Positions 49,030-60,471 of a stretch of DNA of 64,000 nt are shown one piece after another. The notes under the pieces were generated by a model. That model worked only from the letters and a program-made list of their open reading frames with translations. It did no database searches and was not told where the DNA came from. Origin of the DNA: Azolla caroliniana (taxonomy: Eukaryota; Plantae; Polypodiophyta); the NCBI GenBank assembly GCA_043228905.1, contig JBHGNT010000015.1, positions 14,942,001 to 15,006,000 on the forward strand, written 5' to 3'. Every line of letters begins with the position of its first letter. Position 1 is the first letter of the stretch. Both the position numbers and the translations under genes were made by a program.

Positions 49030-49641
49030 ACATAGATTTTGTATAATATTAGGTACCCCACTACCTTCTAGATCTCAATTTCTCGTCTCAGGCAATTAAA
49101 ATGCAGAAGATATGTAGTTTATACGTATTTCATATTTATATGTTCATGTACATGGGATTAATTAAATTGGTTTTTTAGGTATTTCATATTTATAGGTTCA
49201 TGTACACGGGATTAATATCTAAACTTGACATGTCCCTCCAAAGAGGGCTTGAACCTCCGACCTTATGGTTAACAGTCATACGCTCTAGCCAACTGAGCTA
49301 TTGAAGCACATGGATTTTGTTTAATATTAGGTACCCCATTACCTTCTAGATCTCAATTGTCGTCTCAAGCAATTAAAATTTGGAATATATGTAGTTCATA
49401 GGTATTTCATATGTATAGGTTCGAGTACATGGGATTAATTAAATTGGCTTTTTAGGTATTTCATATTTATAGGTTCTAGATCTCAATTGGTCGTCTCAAG
49501 CAATTAAAATGCGGAAGATATGTAGTTCATAGGTATTTCATATTTATAGGTTCACGTACATGGGATTAATTAAATTGGTTTTTTAGGTATTTCATATTTA
49601 TAGGTTCTTGTACACAGGATTAATATCTAAACTTGACATAT

Positions 49642-49715
49642 CGCTCCAAGGAGGGCTTGAACCTCCGACCTTATGGTTAACAGCCATACGCTCTAGCCAA
49701 CTGAGCTATTGAAGC
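49642..49715 (-). tRNA. tRNA-Asn(GTT), consensus copy
   Basis: Complete cloverleaf. Confidence 0.85.
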
Positions 49716-51334
49716 ACATAGATTTTGTATAATATTAGGTACCCCACTACCTTCTAGATCTCAATTTCTCGTCTCAGGCAATTAAAATGCAGAAGATATG
49801 TAGTTTATACGTATTTCATATTTATATGTTCATGTACATGGGATTAATTAAATTGGTTTTTTAGGTATTTCATATTTATAGGTTCATGTACACGGGATTA
49901 ATATCTAAACTTGACATGTCGCTCCAAAGAGGGCTTGAACCTCCGACCTTATGGTTAACAGTCATACGCTCTAGCCAACTGAGCTATTGAAGCACATGGA
50001 TTTTGTTTAATATTAGGTACCCCATTACCTTCTAGATCTCAATTGTCGTCTCAAGCAATTAAAATTTGGAATATATGTAGTTCATAGGTATTTCATATGT
50101 ATAGGTTCGAGTACATGGGATTAAATAAATTGGCTTTTTAGGTATTTCATATTTATAGGTTCTAGATCTCAATTGGTCGTCTCAAGCAATTAAAATGCGG
50201 AAGATATGTAGTTCATAGGTATTTCATATTTATAGGTTCACGTACATGGGATTAATTAAATTGGTTTTTTAGGTATTTCATATTTATAGGTTCTTGTACA
50301 CAGGATTAATATCTAAACTTGACATATCGCTCCAAGGAGGGCTTGAACTCCGACCTTATGGTTAACAGCCATACGCTCTAGCCAACTGAGCTATTGAAGC
50401 ACATAGATTTTGTATAATATTAGGTACCCCACTACCTTCTAGATCTCAATTTCTCGTCTCAGGCAATTAAAATGCAGAAGATATGTAGTTTATACGTATT
50501 TCATATTTATATGTTCAAGTACATGGGATTAATTAAATTGGTTTTTTAGGTATTTCATATTTATAGGTTCATGTACACGGGATTAATATCTAAACTTGAC
50601 ATCTCGCTCCAAGTAGGGCTTGAACCTCCGACCTTATTATCATCGAAAAAATATAGTTGATTCCCTCAATGGAATCTAGATAATGTTTTATAACACAGAT
50701 TTGTTGATTCTAAAGGAACACAATCACTAATCTCACATTTATCTCAGTTATATTTGGATTTATTCTTTTGCTCATAAATTATGTCTTATATCTGAATAAA
50801 GAATTAGCTGCCGAGTCCAAGGCCCCATGTACATTTAATTGATTAATCCAAAGTATTTAGTTTGAGGCATTTTCTTAGTGTATTATATATGCATTGTATT
50901 TAAATCTTAAAAGAGACCTTGTTTTCCTTATCTTTGAATGCAATTCTGCCAACCCATTCTGTGGTTACAATTTGGTGGGCCGGAACAGTTCTATAGAATG
51001 ATCGATTTTTAACTCATCTCAAAGTTTTTGCTAAGGATTCAGAGCAGGGTATACCCGTCTTTCATTTTTAATAAGTGTATCTTGTTAGCTAACTTCTAAT
51101 TAAATACATGAGATAACGTGGTCTGTATTCTCATCTTTGCTTCAACGGCATATGTTGATTATGAAAAAGTTATAATATATTCATGTGGTTTTTTATGTAG
51201 TTCATATTGATAGGTTCAAGTACATGCGTTCAATATCTAATCTTCACATGTGGCTCCAAGGAGGGCTTGATCCTCCGAGCTTACCCTTAACAGCCATACA
51301 CTCTAGCGAACTGAGCTATTGAAACACATAGATT

Positions 51335-51958
51335 TTGCTCGTAAGGGAGGCAACGGAGTTATCCTTGGGGATAAGCAAGATTGTATCTTGCTCTAAGTAG
51401 ACGCCATAATTTTGCTCTCGGAATACGAACAGGACCTACAAAGGCACCTTAATGGTTGAGATGACTTTTGCGCACAATGAGGATTGGCAGCGACTCTACG
51501 GAAAACTAAAGTCCTTATCTTCCACACATTGGCCCAAGTTAGAGCTAAGTGTCACCTAACTATCTACCATAGCCCAGTGGAGCTGGTTGGATCATATGTC
51601 TAGCTTGGAGTTACTTTCTATGACCACTCAGGTAAATTTTCGATCACACAAGAAACGAAGGCTAGAAATACGAGAGGACATGCATCCCTCTCACTACTCC
51701 AGAGACAATGCCATCAAGCATAATTTCAAGAGCCACAGACTAAAGGGTGGCTCTTTGACTCATTAGTGACTCGCTCCCTCATGTATGCATCAATGGTTTG
51801 GGCTCTAGGAATAACAACTTTCATGTGGATGCAATTAGAGAGACCATTGGTAATAATGTTATCGCGCCTACTCCGAAGCAAATCTACAGTAGCACATGAC
51901 ATCATTAGGTTTGAGTTTGGTTTATCCCCGATGTTTGTAGAGGCACTTTTTCAACTTA
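51335..51958 (+). pseudogene. LINE RT C-terminal fragment
   Basis: Paralog of 13945-14380 and 54825-55388, flanked on both sides by tRNA-Asn relics. Confidence 0.8.
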
Positions 51959-52269
51959 ATATGTTGCTCCAAGGAGGGCTTGAACCTCCGACCTTTTGTG
52001 ACACTTGGTAATAAAGAGTTCTTGATGCTGAATAAAAGCAATCAATAATCCTATATTTAGCTCACTTATTTTCAGATGTCTTTTTTTTGCACTGTAATTA
52101 TGTCTTGTTTGTGAATAAAGAAATAGCTGCCTAGTGCAAGGTTCCTTGTATTTTGATTTCTTTAATACCAATTATCTATACCAAATTATTTGAACCTGAA
52201 TTTGTTGGATTATCTTTTGTATGTGTCAATATCTAAGACTTTTCTATGTCGTGTTTGTATTAAGAAGGT

Positions 52270-52326
52270 GCTTTCGTAGCTCTGTTGGTTAGATTACATG
52301 TTTAGTAAGTGGGAGGTCTTGAGTTC
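52270..52326 (+). pseudogene. 3'-truncated tRNA-Thr(AGT)
   Basis: GCTTTCGTAGCTC...TTAGTAAG...GAGTTC followed by a deletion. Confidence 0.7.
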
Positions 52327-53246
52327 CCTCATTTAGTTTGACGTGTTATTTTAGTGTATTATATATGCATCGTATTTCAATCTTAAAATACACCTTGTTG
52401 TCCTTATTTGTGAATGCAATTTTTCTAAACTATTCTATCGTTACAATTTGTCGAGCCGGAACACTTCTATAGATCGATCGATCATCCTGCTTTAGTAACA
52501 TACATATATTATAAAACAATCATCATATATTCATGTTGTTTTTATGTAGTTCATATTTATAGGTTCAAGTAGATGGTTGAATATCTAACCTTGACATCTC
52601 GCGCCAAGGAAGGCTTGAATATCTGATCTTAGGGTTAATAACCATACGCTCTAGCCAACTTATGTATTGAAGCACGTAAAATTTTCCCAAAATTAGGTAT
52701 CTCATTACCTTTTAAATCTCAATTGGTTGGTTCTGGCATTTAATATGCTAAAGATATGTAGTTTTGCTCGAAATGATCGGAACCTCCACCTCATGTAATT
52801 ATTATCATAGAAAAAATATAATTGCTTCCCTCAATTGCATCTCTAATGTTTTTTAACAAAGATTTGTTGACTCTCAAGAACGCAATCACTAATCTCACAT
52901 TTATCTTACTTATTTTTGGATTTCTTTTTTCACGCATAAATTATGTCTTATTTCTGAATAAAGAATTAGCTACCGAATCCAAAGCCCCTTCTAGTTTTAA
53001 TTGATTAATCCAAATTATTTAGTTTGAGGTGTTTGTTTAGTGTATTATATATGCATCGTATTTCGAAGTTTCTGCTGAGGATTTAGAGCAGGGTATACCA
53101 GTCTTTCTTTTTTAATGTGTGTATCTTGTTACCAAACCTCTAATTAAATACATGAGATAACATGGTTTGTATTCTCATCTTTGTTTTAATAACATACATA
53201 GATTATAAAACAATCATAATATATTCACGTGGTTTTTGATGTAGTT

Positions 53247-53935
53247 TGTGAAAGTTAATACGCGGAAGCTTTGACAAAACTGGTTACACTTGATAGCAAT
53301 AGAGAATAAACACAAGTTTAATGGAAGCTTAGAAAAAATAGTTCATGGGAGAGACCAAGAGAGCAGGATAACATAAACTCAATTAAAAATAGTAGTGCTC
53401 TCTATATATAATGTGCTTAGTGAGCACATTTATAGAAGTCCTGAGAAAGGAGTAACAGAAGTACTGACGTCCTCCCACCTAGCTCGCTCTCCTCGTCTGG
53501 TCTAGTTCTGCTTCCTGCGATTTGTCCAGTTCTGCGCTCCTCGATCTTTTTGGTCAATTTCTCTGCTCATAAGGCCCTTCTCAGCTCCTTCGTTGTTTTG
53601 ACTTTCACACTCCTCGACTCGTCGGTCCCTCTGCGTCGATGTTGGTTTCCGTTGCCTCCTCGTTCGTTTGGCCTTCTATTGATTCGACTCCTCCAAATCG
53701 ACTACATATGATTCGTTCTAGCTCTTGTCCAAATTGGTAGTCTCCAATTCTTCTTCAACCTTTAGGCCCTTCACCACGTCGGACCACGTTCGGGTCTTGG
53801 CCTTCTCCTTCCCGTCGGCTTGGTTCTTCTTGACTCTACCGCCGTCGCCGCTTGTTTGGATCTGCCGACTTCTTTTGTTGACTCAGCTTCCTTTTTCTTC
53901 TTGTCTCCTCCAATTTCGGCTGTTTCTGGTATCGA
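53247..53935 (-). mobile_element. Deleted Copia remnant (LTR part fused to pol tail)
   Basis: TGTGAAAG...CGCGGAAGC resembles the LTR end at 34421; 53500-53900 parallels 12400-12830. Confidence 0.7.
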
Positions 53936-55388
53936 CGCAAGATGACACGTTGTTAGAGATGGGCATGGGAGGCATCCCAATATTCAGAACTCTACCATAT
54001 GCTCATGAGTAGCGATTGCGCCACTACATGGAAGAGATTACGGAAACCAAGACTACAAACACCCATTGAAAATCCCGAAACCTGGCACACATACATACAG
54101 AGAGACTTTTCGAAATCCCAAACCAACCAACCATTCCAATGCCTTCTACACCTTGACCTACCGTGAGGACACTCTAGGGTCGCGAAGGTCATAAAGAAAT
54201 TACAACATAGGAAGTCCATGGACCACAGAGGATTTCAAGTAGAACACATCATACATGCGAGAGAGTGCTTAGCTCCCTTGCTCACTCTAATCTTTAATAG
54301 TGCCCTCGCGAAGTGTTTTCCACCACAATGGACTATGAACACAGTGACCCCCATACATAAAGTGGGGGACCCCATGGACCCAAATACATATAGAATCATT
54401 ATGATAGGTCATACCCTTGCTAAATTATATGGTGTAGTAATGCAGGCAAAGCTTAGGGATTATATGGAGACCCTAAATGTTCGCGCACCTTAACATATTG
54501 GCATTAGACGATCATATCTTCACAGTTATATGCTTAATTGACTAAACTAAGGCTCGCAAGAAGAAGTTGTATTGTTATTTTGTGAACTTCCGCAAAGCCT
54601 TTGACATTGTCCCTAAGGAGTGGTTGTTTTGATCGGCTTAAAATCTTGAGGATACCAGATGACATGGTTTGGGCCATCTACGCACTATATGAACAAGTGT
54701 TTGGGTGTGTTCAATGCCCATGTGGCCTATCCAATTGTTTCACCAACACTATTGGATTAAAACAAGGTTGCCCCCTATCTGCCAGTCTTTTTGGGATCTA
54801 CATTGACGAGATCACAAATTTTATTGCTTGTAAGGGAGGCAACGGAGTTGTCCTTCGGGATACGTAGGTTCGTATCTTGCTCTATGCAGATGACATAGTT
54901 TTACTCTCTGAATCCGAACATGACCTACAAAGGCACCTTAATAGCTTAGATTACTTTTGTGCACAATGAGGATTGACAGTGAATTTAGGCAAAACTAAAC
55001 TCCTTATCTTCCACATATCGGCCCAAGTTAGAGGTAAGTGTCACCTAACTATCTACCATAACCCAATTGAGGTGGTTGGATCATATCTTTATCTCGGAGT
55101 CACTTTTAATGACTGCTCAGGTAAAGTTTTGATGACATAAGCAGCGAACGATAGACTTACGAGACGAGATGCATGCCTCTCACTCCTCGAGATACAATAC
55201 CATGAAGCATACTTTCAAGAGACATGGACTAAAGGGTGGCTCTTTGACTCATTACTGACTCCCTACCTCATGTATGCATCAGTAGCTTGGGCTCTAGGAT
55301 TACCATCTTTCATGTGGATGCAATTAGAGAAACCATTGGTGATAATGGTATCACTCCAACACCGAAGCAAACCGATAGTACCAGATAA
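53936..55388 (+). pseudogene. LINE (RTE/RTEX-like) RT fragment, least deleted copy
   Basis: PIHKVGDPMDPNTYRIIMIG, GLKQGCPLSASLFGIYIDE, LLYADDIVL. Confidence 0.88.
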
Positions 55389-57867
55389 TGTCGCTCCAAG
55401 GAGGGCTTGAACCCCTGACCTTATGCTTAACAGCCATACACTGTAGCCAACTGAGCTATTGAACTATGTAAATCTTACACAAAATTAGGTTTCTGATTAG
55501 CTTTTATAATACTTGGTAATAAAGAATTGTTAACACTAAATGAAAACAATTAATATTCCTATATTTATGTTGAGAGACAAGCTCAACATCGGCCGGATCA
55601 GCTGAAGAAGCCGAGGACCGTATCGGTTGGAACCGATCAGTTAGGCCGAGTGCGTAAACCGGTACGCAGACCGGTGCGTAGGTAGGGCCGGATTGGTGCG
55701 TAAACCGGGAGGCCGTTAAGAAAGATATTCCGTGAGGAATATATTTGGGAGTTAGTGTAGGAGCTCTCAATGAGCATTGAAGTACTGTCAGTACTTCTGT
55801 CAGTCCTTCTAGGACTTGTATAAAAGTGTTCATTGAACACACATATGTATAGAGTGTAGTGAATCAAGTTTTTGTTGAATATAGTTCTTGTGTTCTCTCT
55901 CTCTCACTCTCTCTGTCTCTCCCGCGTATACTGCATAAGCTCAAGCTCTCCATTAAACTTGAGTGTTCTTCCTTCTGTTCGGTCTTCATACTTGCTTCCG
56001 CACGCTACTTTCTACATGGTATCAGAGCGCGAGGGTTGAGAACCTCTCTGCAGCCGACACAACTTGATGAAGAAGAACAAGAAGAACGATGGATAGAGGC
56101 ATGGCAAGCTCGCTTCCAACAGAGAAGCTCGACAGAACCAACTACGCGTCTTGGTCCTACAAGATGCACCAGTACCTGCTCGGGCACGGCTACTGGAGTT
56201 ATGTCGAAGAAGCTAATGACGCGGCACCTGAATCGACACACAGAGACTTCCCGTCGTGGGAGCAATTGGCGAGCAGGGTATTATACTGCTTCGCGTCGTG
56301 TGTGGGCGAACAACTATTGAGCTATGTTCGGGATGCAAAGACGCCAAAGGGTGTGTGGGAAAATCTGAAGAAGATTTTCGCCGCGAGCACCACAGCCAAG
56401 AAGCTTCAGCTCCGACAAGAGTTGAGCAACCTACGACAACGCGACTTGTCGGTGGCGGACTATACCTCGAAGATCAAGGATATCTGCGACTCCCTCACCT
56501 CCATAAAGGTGAACATCCAGGAGAGTGAGATGGTCCAGATCTGTCTCGGAGGTTTGGCGTCGAAGTTCGGAGCGTTCCGAACGGTTGTGTGTACCCGGGG
56601 GAATACACCGTCCTTTTTCGACTTATAGTCAATGCTCCTGGTAGAGGAGAACCACGCGGGTGCGTCTACAAGCACGCACACCGACACCAGAATGTTGTAC
56701 ACAGAGGAAGATAGGCCCCGTGGACGTGGAGGACGAGGCGAGTCGGCGCGCAATGGAGGCGGCCGACGAGATCAAGGAAGAAGGCACCGAAGTGATGCCG
56801 ACAGCAACTCCGGACCCTCCGGAAACAGGGGGAGTCGAAGCGATGAGAACCGGCAAGGGAAGGCCATCGCGGAGTGCTGGTATTGTGGCAAGAAAGGCTA
56901 CAGGGAAAGTGAGTGTTGGAAGAAGCGTGCCGAGTCGGAGAGAACCGGTTCCGGAAACGGCTTCGGACATACCGACAAAGGAAATCGGTAGCGATCGCAC
57001 TACGCCGAAGACTACGGGAGAGCCGGAGAAGGGACTGCCTTCATGACGAGACACGAAGCAAACTCAATGAAACAGACCACCCTGAGATTGGACGAGGTGT
57101 GGTACGTAGACTCCGGAGCATCAAACCACATGACGAGCCGTAACAAGTGGTTCTCGTACCTTGAAAAGCCAATACAACCTGGAGTAGTCGCAGTTGGAGA
57201 CGACACTCCGCATCCGATCGCGAATGTTAGAGAAGTTCCCCTTAGCCATGTTGGGCAGAAAGGGAAACTCATGAACGTGGTGCACGTTCCGACAATCACG
57301 AAGAACTTGGTCTCGGTCGGATAGATCGTCGACCAAGGGATGGAGGTTCTGTTTACACACCTTGGGTGCTTCATTGAGGAAGAAGGCCGTGTGATTGCGC
57401 AAGGGCGCAAAGACGAGAGGATGTTCATCCTCGACTCCACTAACGGCGGCACCACAATGTTCGTGAAGGGACAAAAATCCGAGTTGGACATTGACTTGTG
57501 CCACAAGCGGATAGGCCACGTCAACCACCAGCGGCTTCAAGATCTGCAATCGAAACAGGTAGTGTTCGGATTGCCCAAATTTAGTGGCCGAAAGGCACAA
57601 ATTTGTGTAGCCTGCAGCTCGGGAAGCAACACCGACTTCCTTTCCCCAACGAGCGCAACCGGAGCCGGAACAAGCTCGACCTTATACACTCCAATGTGTG
57701 GGGGCCGGCACAAAATGTTAGTCTTGGCGGGAGCTGATATTTCGTCTCCTTCATCAACGACCACACGCGGCACACGTGGATCTACCTCATTGAAAGGAAG
57801 AGCGAATTCTTCGACTATTTCCAGGACCTCAAAGGGTTCGTGGAAACGGAAACGGGACGAAAGATCA

Positions 57868-58488
57868 TGTTGGGAGACAGGTCCCTCCGGATGGGAAGGG
57901 AGAAGAGCAGTGCCGGATGGGAAACGGTATGAACCGGATGGTGTAGGCCCGGTATGAACCGGATGGGGAGTACCCGACTACGGAGAGCCGGATGGTGCAG
58001 GCCCGGTATGAACCAGAGGAAGAGACATATTCGTAAATATGTTTCTGAGAGCCCATCGAGGCTACATTTGTAAATAGCCGAAAAGTCATATTAGTATAAA
58101 TATGACTTAGGGCAAACTTTTTGTGTGTCGTTTTTTGTTGTTGTTATTCTTCCTTGTTGGTGCAAGAAGAAGTGAGAGCGCGTAACTGTACAGAGAGAGA
58201 GGGAGAGAGACGAGGTCGTTGCCTCTGTTGTAACCGCCGCCTGTTGCGAAGATCTGAGAGCACGAGGTCGTTGCCTCAGTGAACTCACTGTTGTATATTC
58301 CTACATAGTGACAGTTTGCAGCTTGTGGGCTGCCGTGGTTTTTTTCCCTATTTTGGGGTTTTCCACGTAAACCTCCTGTGTACCATTTCTCCCTTTTGTG
58401 TCGCAGTTCATTACCTGTTTTTTCTGTGTATGAAAAGAATCTCGGTTGTGGCCGAGCGTCGGACATAAGGAACGTCGAGTTCCCTACA
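57868..58488 (+). mobile_element. Solo LTR, counterpart of 37830-38479
   Basis: TSD GATCA (57863-57867 and 58489-58493); same insertion point in the integrase; 29 bp shorter. Confidence 0.93.
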
Positions 58489-59685
58489 GATCAAGTGCCT
58501 GTGGTCGGATGGCGGGAAAGAGTACTTTTGTGGTCAATTCAACGGTTATCTACAACAAATGGGAATTCAGCGCGAATTCAGTTGTAGATACACGCCGGAG
58601 CAGAACGGCGTGGCCGAGAGAAAGAATCGGTCAGTTGTGGAAGCGGCACAGGCAATGATGGAGGAGAAGAGCCTGCCCAAGTTCTACTGGGCCAAGGCGG
58701 TAAGGACCGCGGTATACATCCAGAACCGGATCGGAGACAAAGTGTTGGCGCACGAGCTATATTTCGGAACGAAGCCGAACTTGCGACACTTGAGGGTGTT
58801 CAGTAGCATTGCGTATGTGCATGTACCGAAGGAGAAAAGGAGGAAGCTGGACGCAAAGGCCGAGAAATGCATCTTGGTCGGTTACTACGACGAGCAGAAG
58901 GGTTATAAGTGCTATAATCCTCGCACCAAACAAGCGCGTGTTAGCCGCGACGTTGTGTTTGACGAGTCCGCGTCCTGGTACCAGCCCCCGACTCCGAACG
59001 CCGACTCTAATCCGAGTTCTGACGATGAGGTCAGCGAGGCCGAGATGCCTCCGGATGAGCCCGAAATCGAGACCCGTGAAGAGAGTCCGATTTCACTCCG
59101 GTTAGGTGGACCGATTGGACGACTGAGTCGGTACGACCAGTCCGATGAAGAGCCGACGAGTAGTGGAGACTCGGTCATGCATTCCCCGCGCAGGAAGCCG
59201 AGGAGACGGCTTACGCGCAAAGAGAAAGGGAAGAAGAAGGTGTCGGATTCCGGCACGGATAGGAACGAGTCAGACCGACGCGAGTCCGACTCTGAGGGAA
59301 CCGGTGACGAGTCTTTGAAGGTGAAGTCCGCGTCGACCGAGAAGGCCTCAACATCGGCTAATGTGAGATTACGCCAATCTACCCGCCAGAAGAATCATGT
59401 TTTGCGGTTCGGATACAACGAGTACATGGCGCATCATTATGCGTACATGACCCGTGTTGCGGAAGTGCGTGAGCCGGAGAGCTACGCAGAAGCGGCTAAA
59501 GATGCGAATTGGCGTGCCGCGATGGAGGAAGAGATGCACGCATTGGCGGAGAACGAGACCTGGGACCTCATTGACGCTCCAAAAGGGGTAAAACCGATCG
59601 GTTGTAGGTGGGTTTACAAAGTCAAGTACAACACCGATGGCTCGGTCAACCGGTACAAGGCTCGGCTAGTGGCAAAGGGCTACGC

Positions 59686-60471
59686 TGTCGCGTTGTTACG
59701 CGCGTGCTTGGAGAAAGGCGGGACCACGGGGGTCTTGGACTAGGGATTGACGGAGCATAGGAAGTTGTGCTTCACCGTTTCCGGGGATCCCAGAAGAACA
59801 CTGGAAGCGACCAAAGGGAGAGAGAGAAAGAGAGGGAGCGCGCGCTTAACATCGACTCACGCACACACACGCACACAAACACACATGCCGACCCGACTCA
59901 CGCCCTTATGTACAGGAAATGCAGGAAAGGGGAAGCACGCGACACCAACGAAGACGCGAATATACACAGACAGACGCAAACGGATATATATATATATATA
60001 TAAGAAGAATACATTCTCGGCGTCGAGCCAGACCGAGGTAGGTTGCAGTAGTCGTCAGCTACCAAGCCGCCGGTCGGGGCGCTCATGGGCTCGTCACGCC
60101 GAGCAGGGTCTTGCGCAAGAGATGAGCTGAAACAAACCCTAAGCGAACACGAAGGGGGGAGAAGAAGAAGAAGAAGAAGAAGAAATGTAACTAACCCTAA
60201 ATCTAACGGTATAAACTCTAACTCAAAAATGGGCAACCCCTTTCACAAAGGGCGTTCCCTTCCTTTTATAGAACAAGGAAAGGGGTGCGTTACAATGTGG
60301 GATAAATCCCGACTTACATGGGATCGTCTGTCCCGACTTGACTACTCTTCGGCGCCATAAAGGCGCCCTCATTATTCACACTAAATATACATGGGTGCGT
60401 ACACACGCTGCACCCCGCCGATGTAGCCAATGTTCCCCGGTTTCTGCCTCTGGCCGAAATTCTTCACGACA
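59686..60471 (-). mobile_element. Gypsy-type solo LTR inside the Copia RT
   Basis: TGTCG...CGACA termini and 4-bp TSD ACGC; excision restores GGCTACGCGCAGAAACAC (GYAQKH); TATAAAA on -. Confidence 0.88.

Larger units (their letters stand above)
40671..50640 (-). repeat. Main tRNA-Asn tandem array: 29 full-length copies plus one truncated; 686-bp dimer (278+408) and 1372-bp higher-order repeat
   Basis: Left ends at 40729, 41133, 41411, 41688, 42096, 42374, 42782, 43060, 43468, 43746, 44154, 44432, 44840, 45118, 45526, 45804, 46212, 46490, 46898, 47176, 47584, 47862, 48270, 48548, 48956, 49234, 49642, 49920, 50328 and 50605 (truncated). Confidence 0.97.

Noticed and set aside
40671-50640. CRISPR-like array (conserved repeats with regular spacing)
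   Set aside because: The spacers are themselves repeated, the conserved unit is a tRNA, and there are no cas genes; the context is eukaryotic.
40305-56016. Inversion of the segment between the two inverted Copia copies
   Set aside because: The GTTTT TSD still matches on both sides of 34421-40665 and tRNA-Asn orientation is unchanged across the region.
59985-60185. (TA)n and (GAA)n microsatellites
   Set aside because: Ordinary low-complexity tracts inside a solo LTR.
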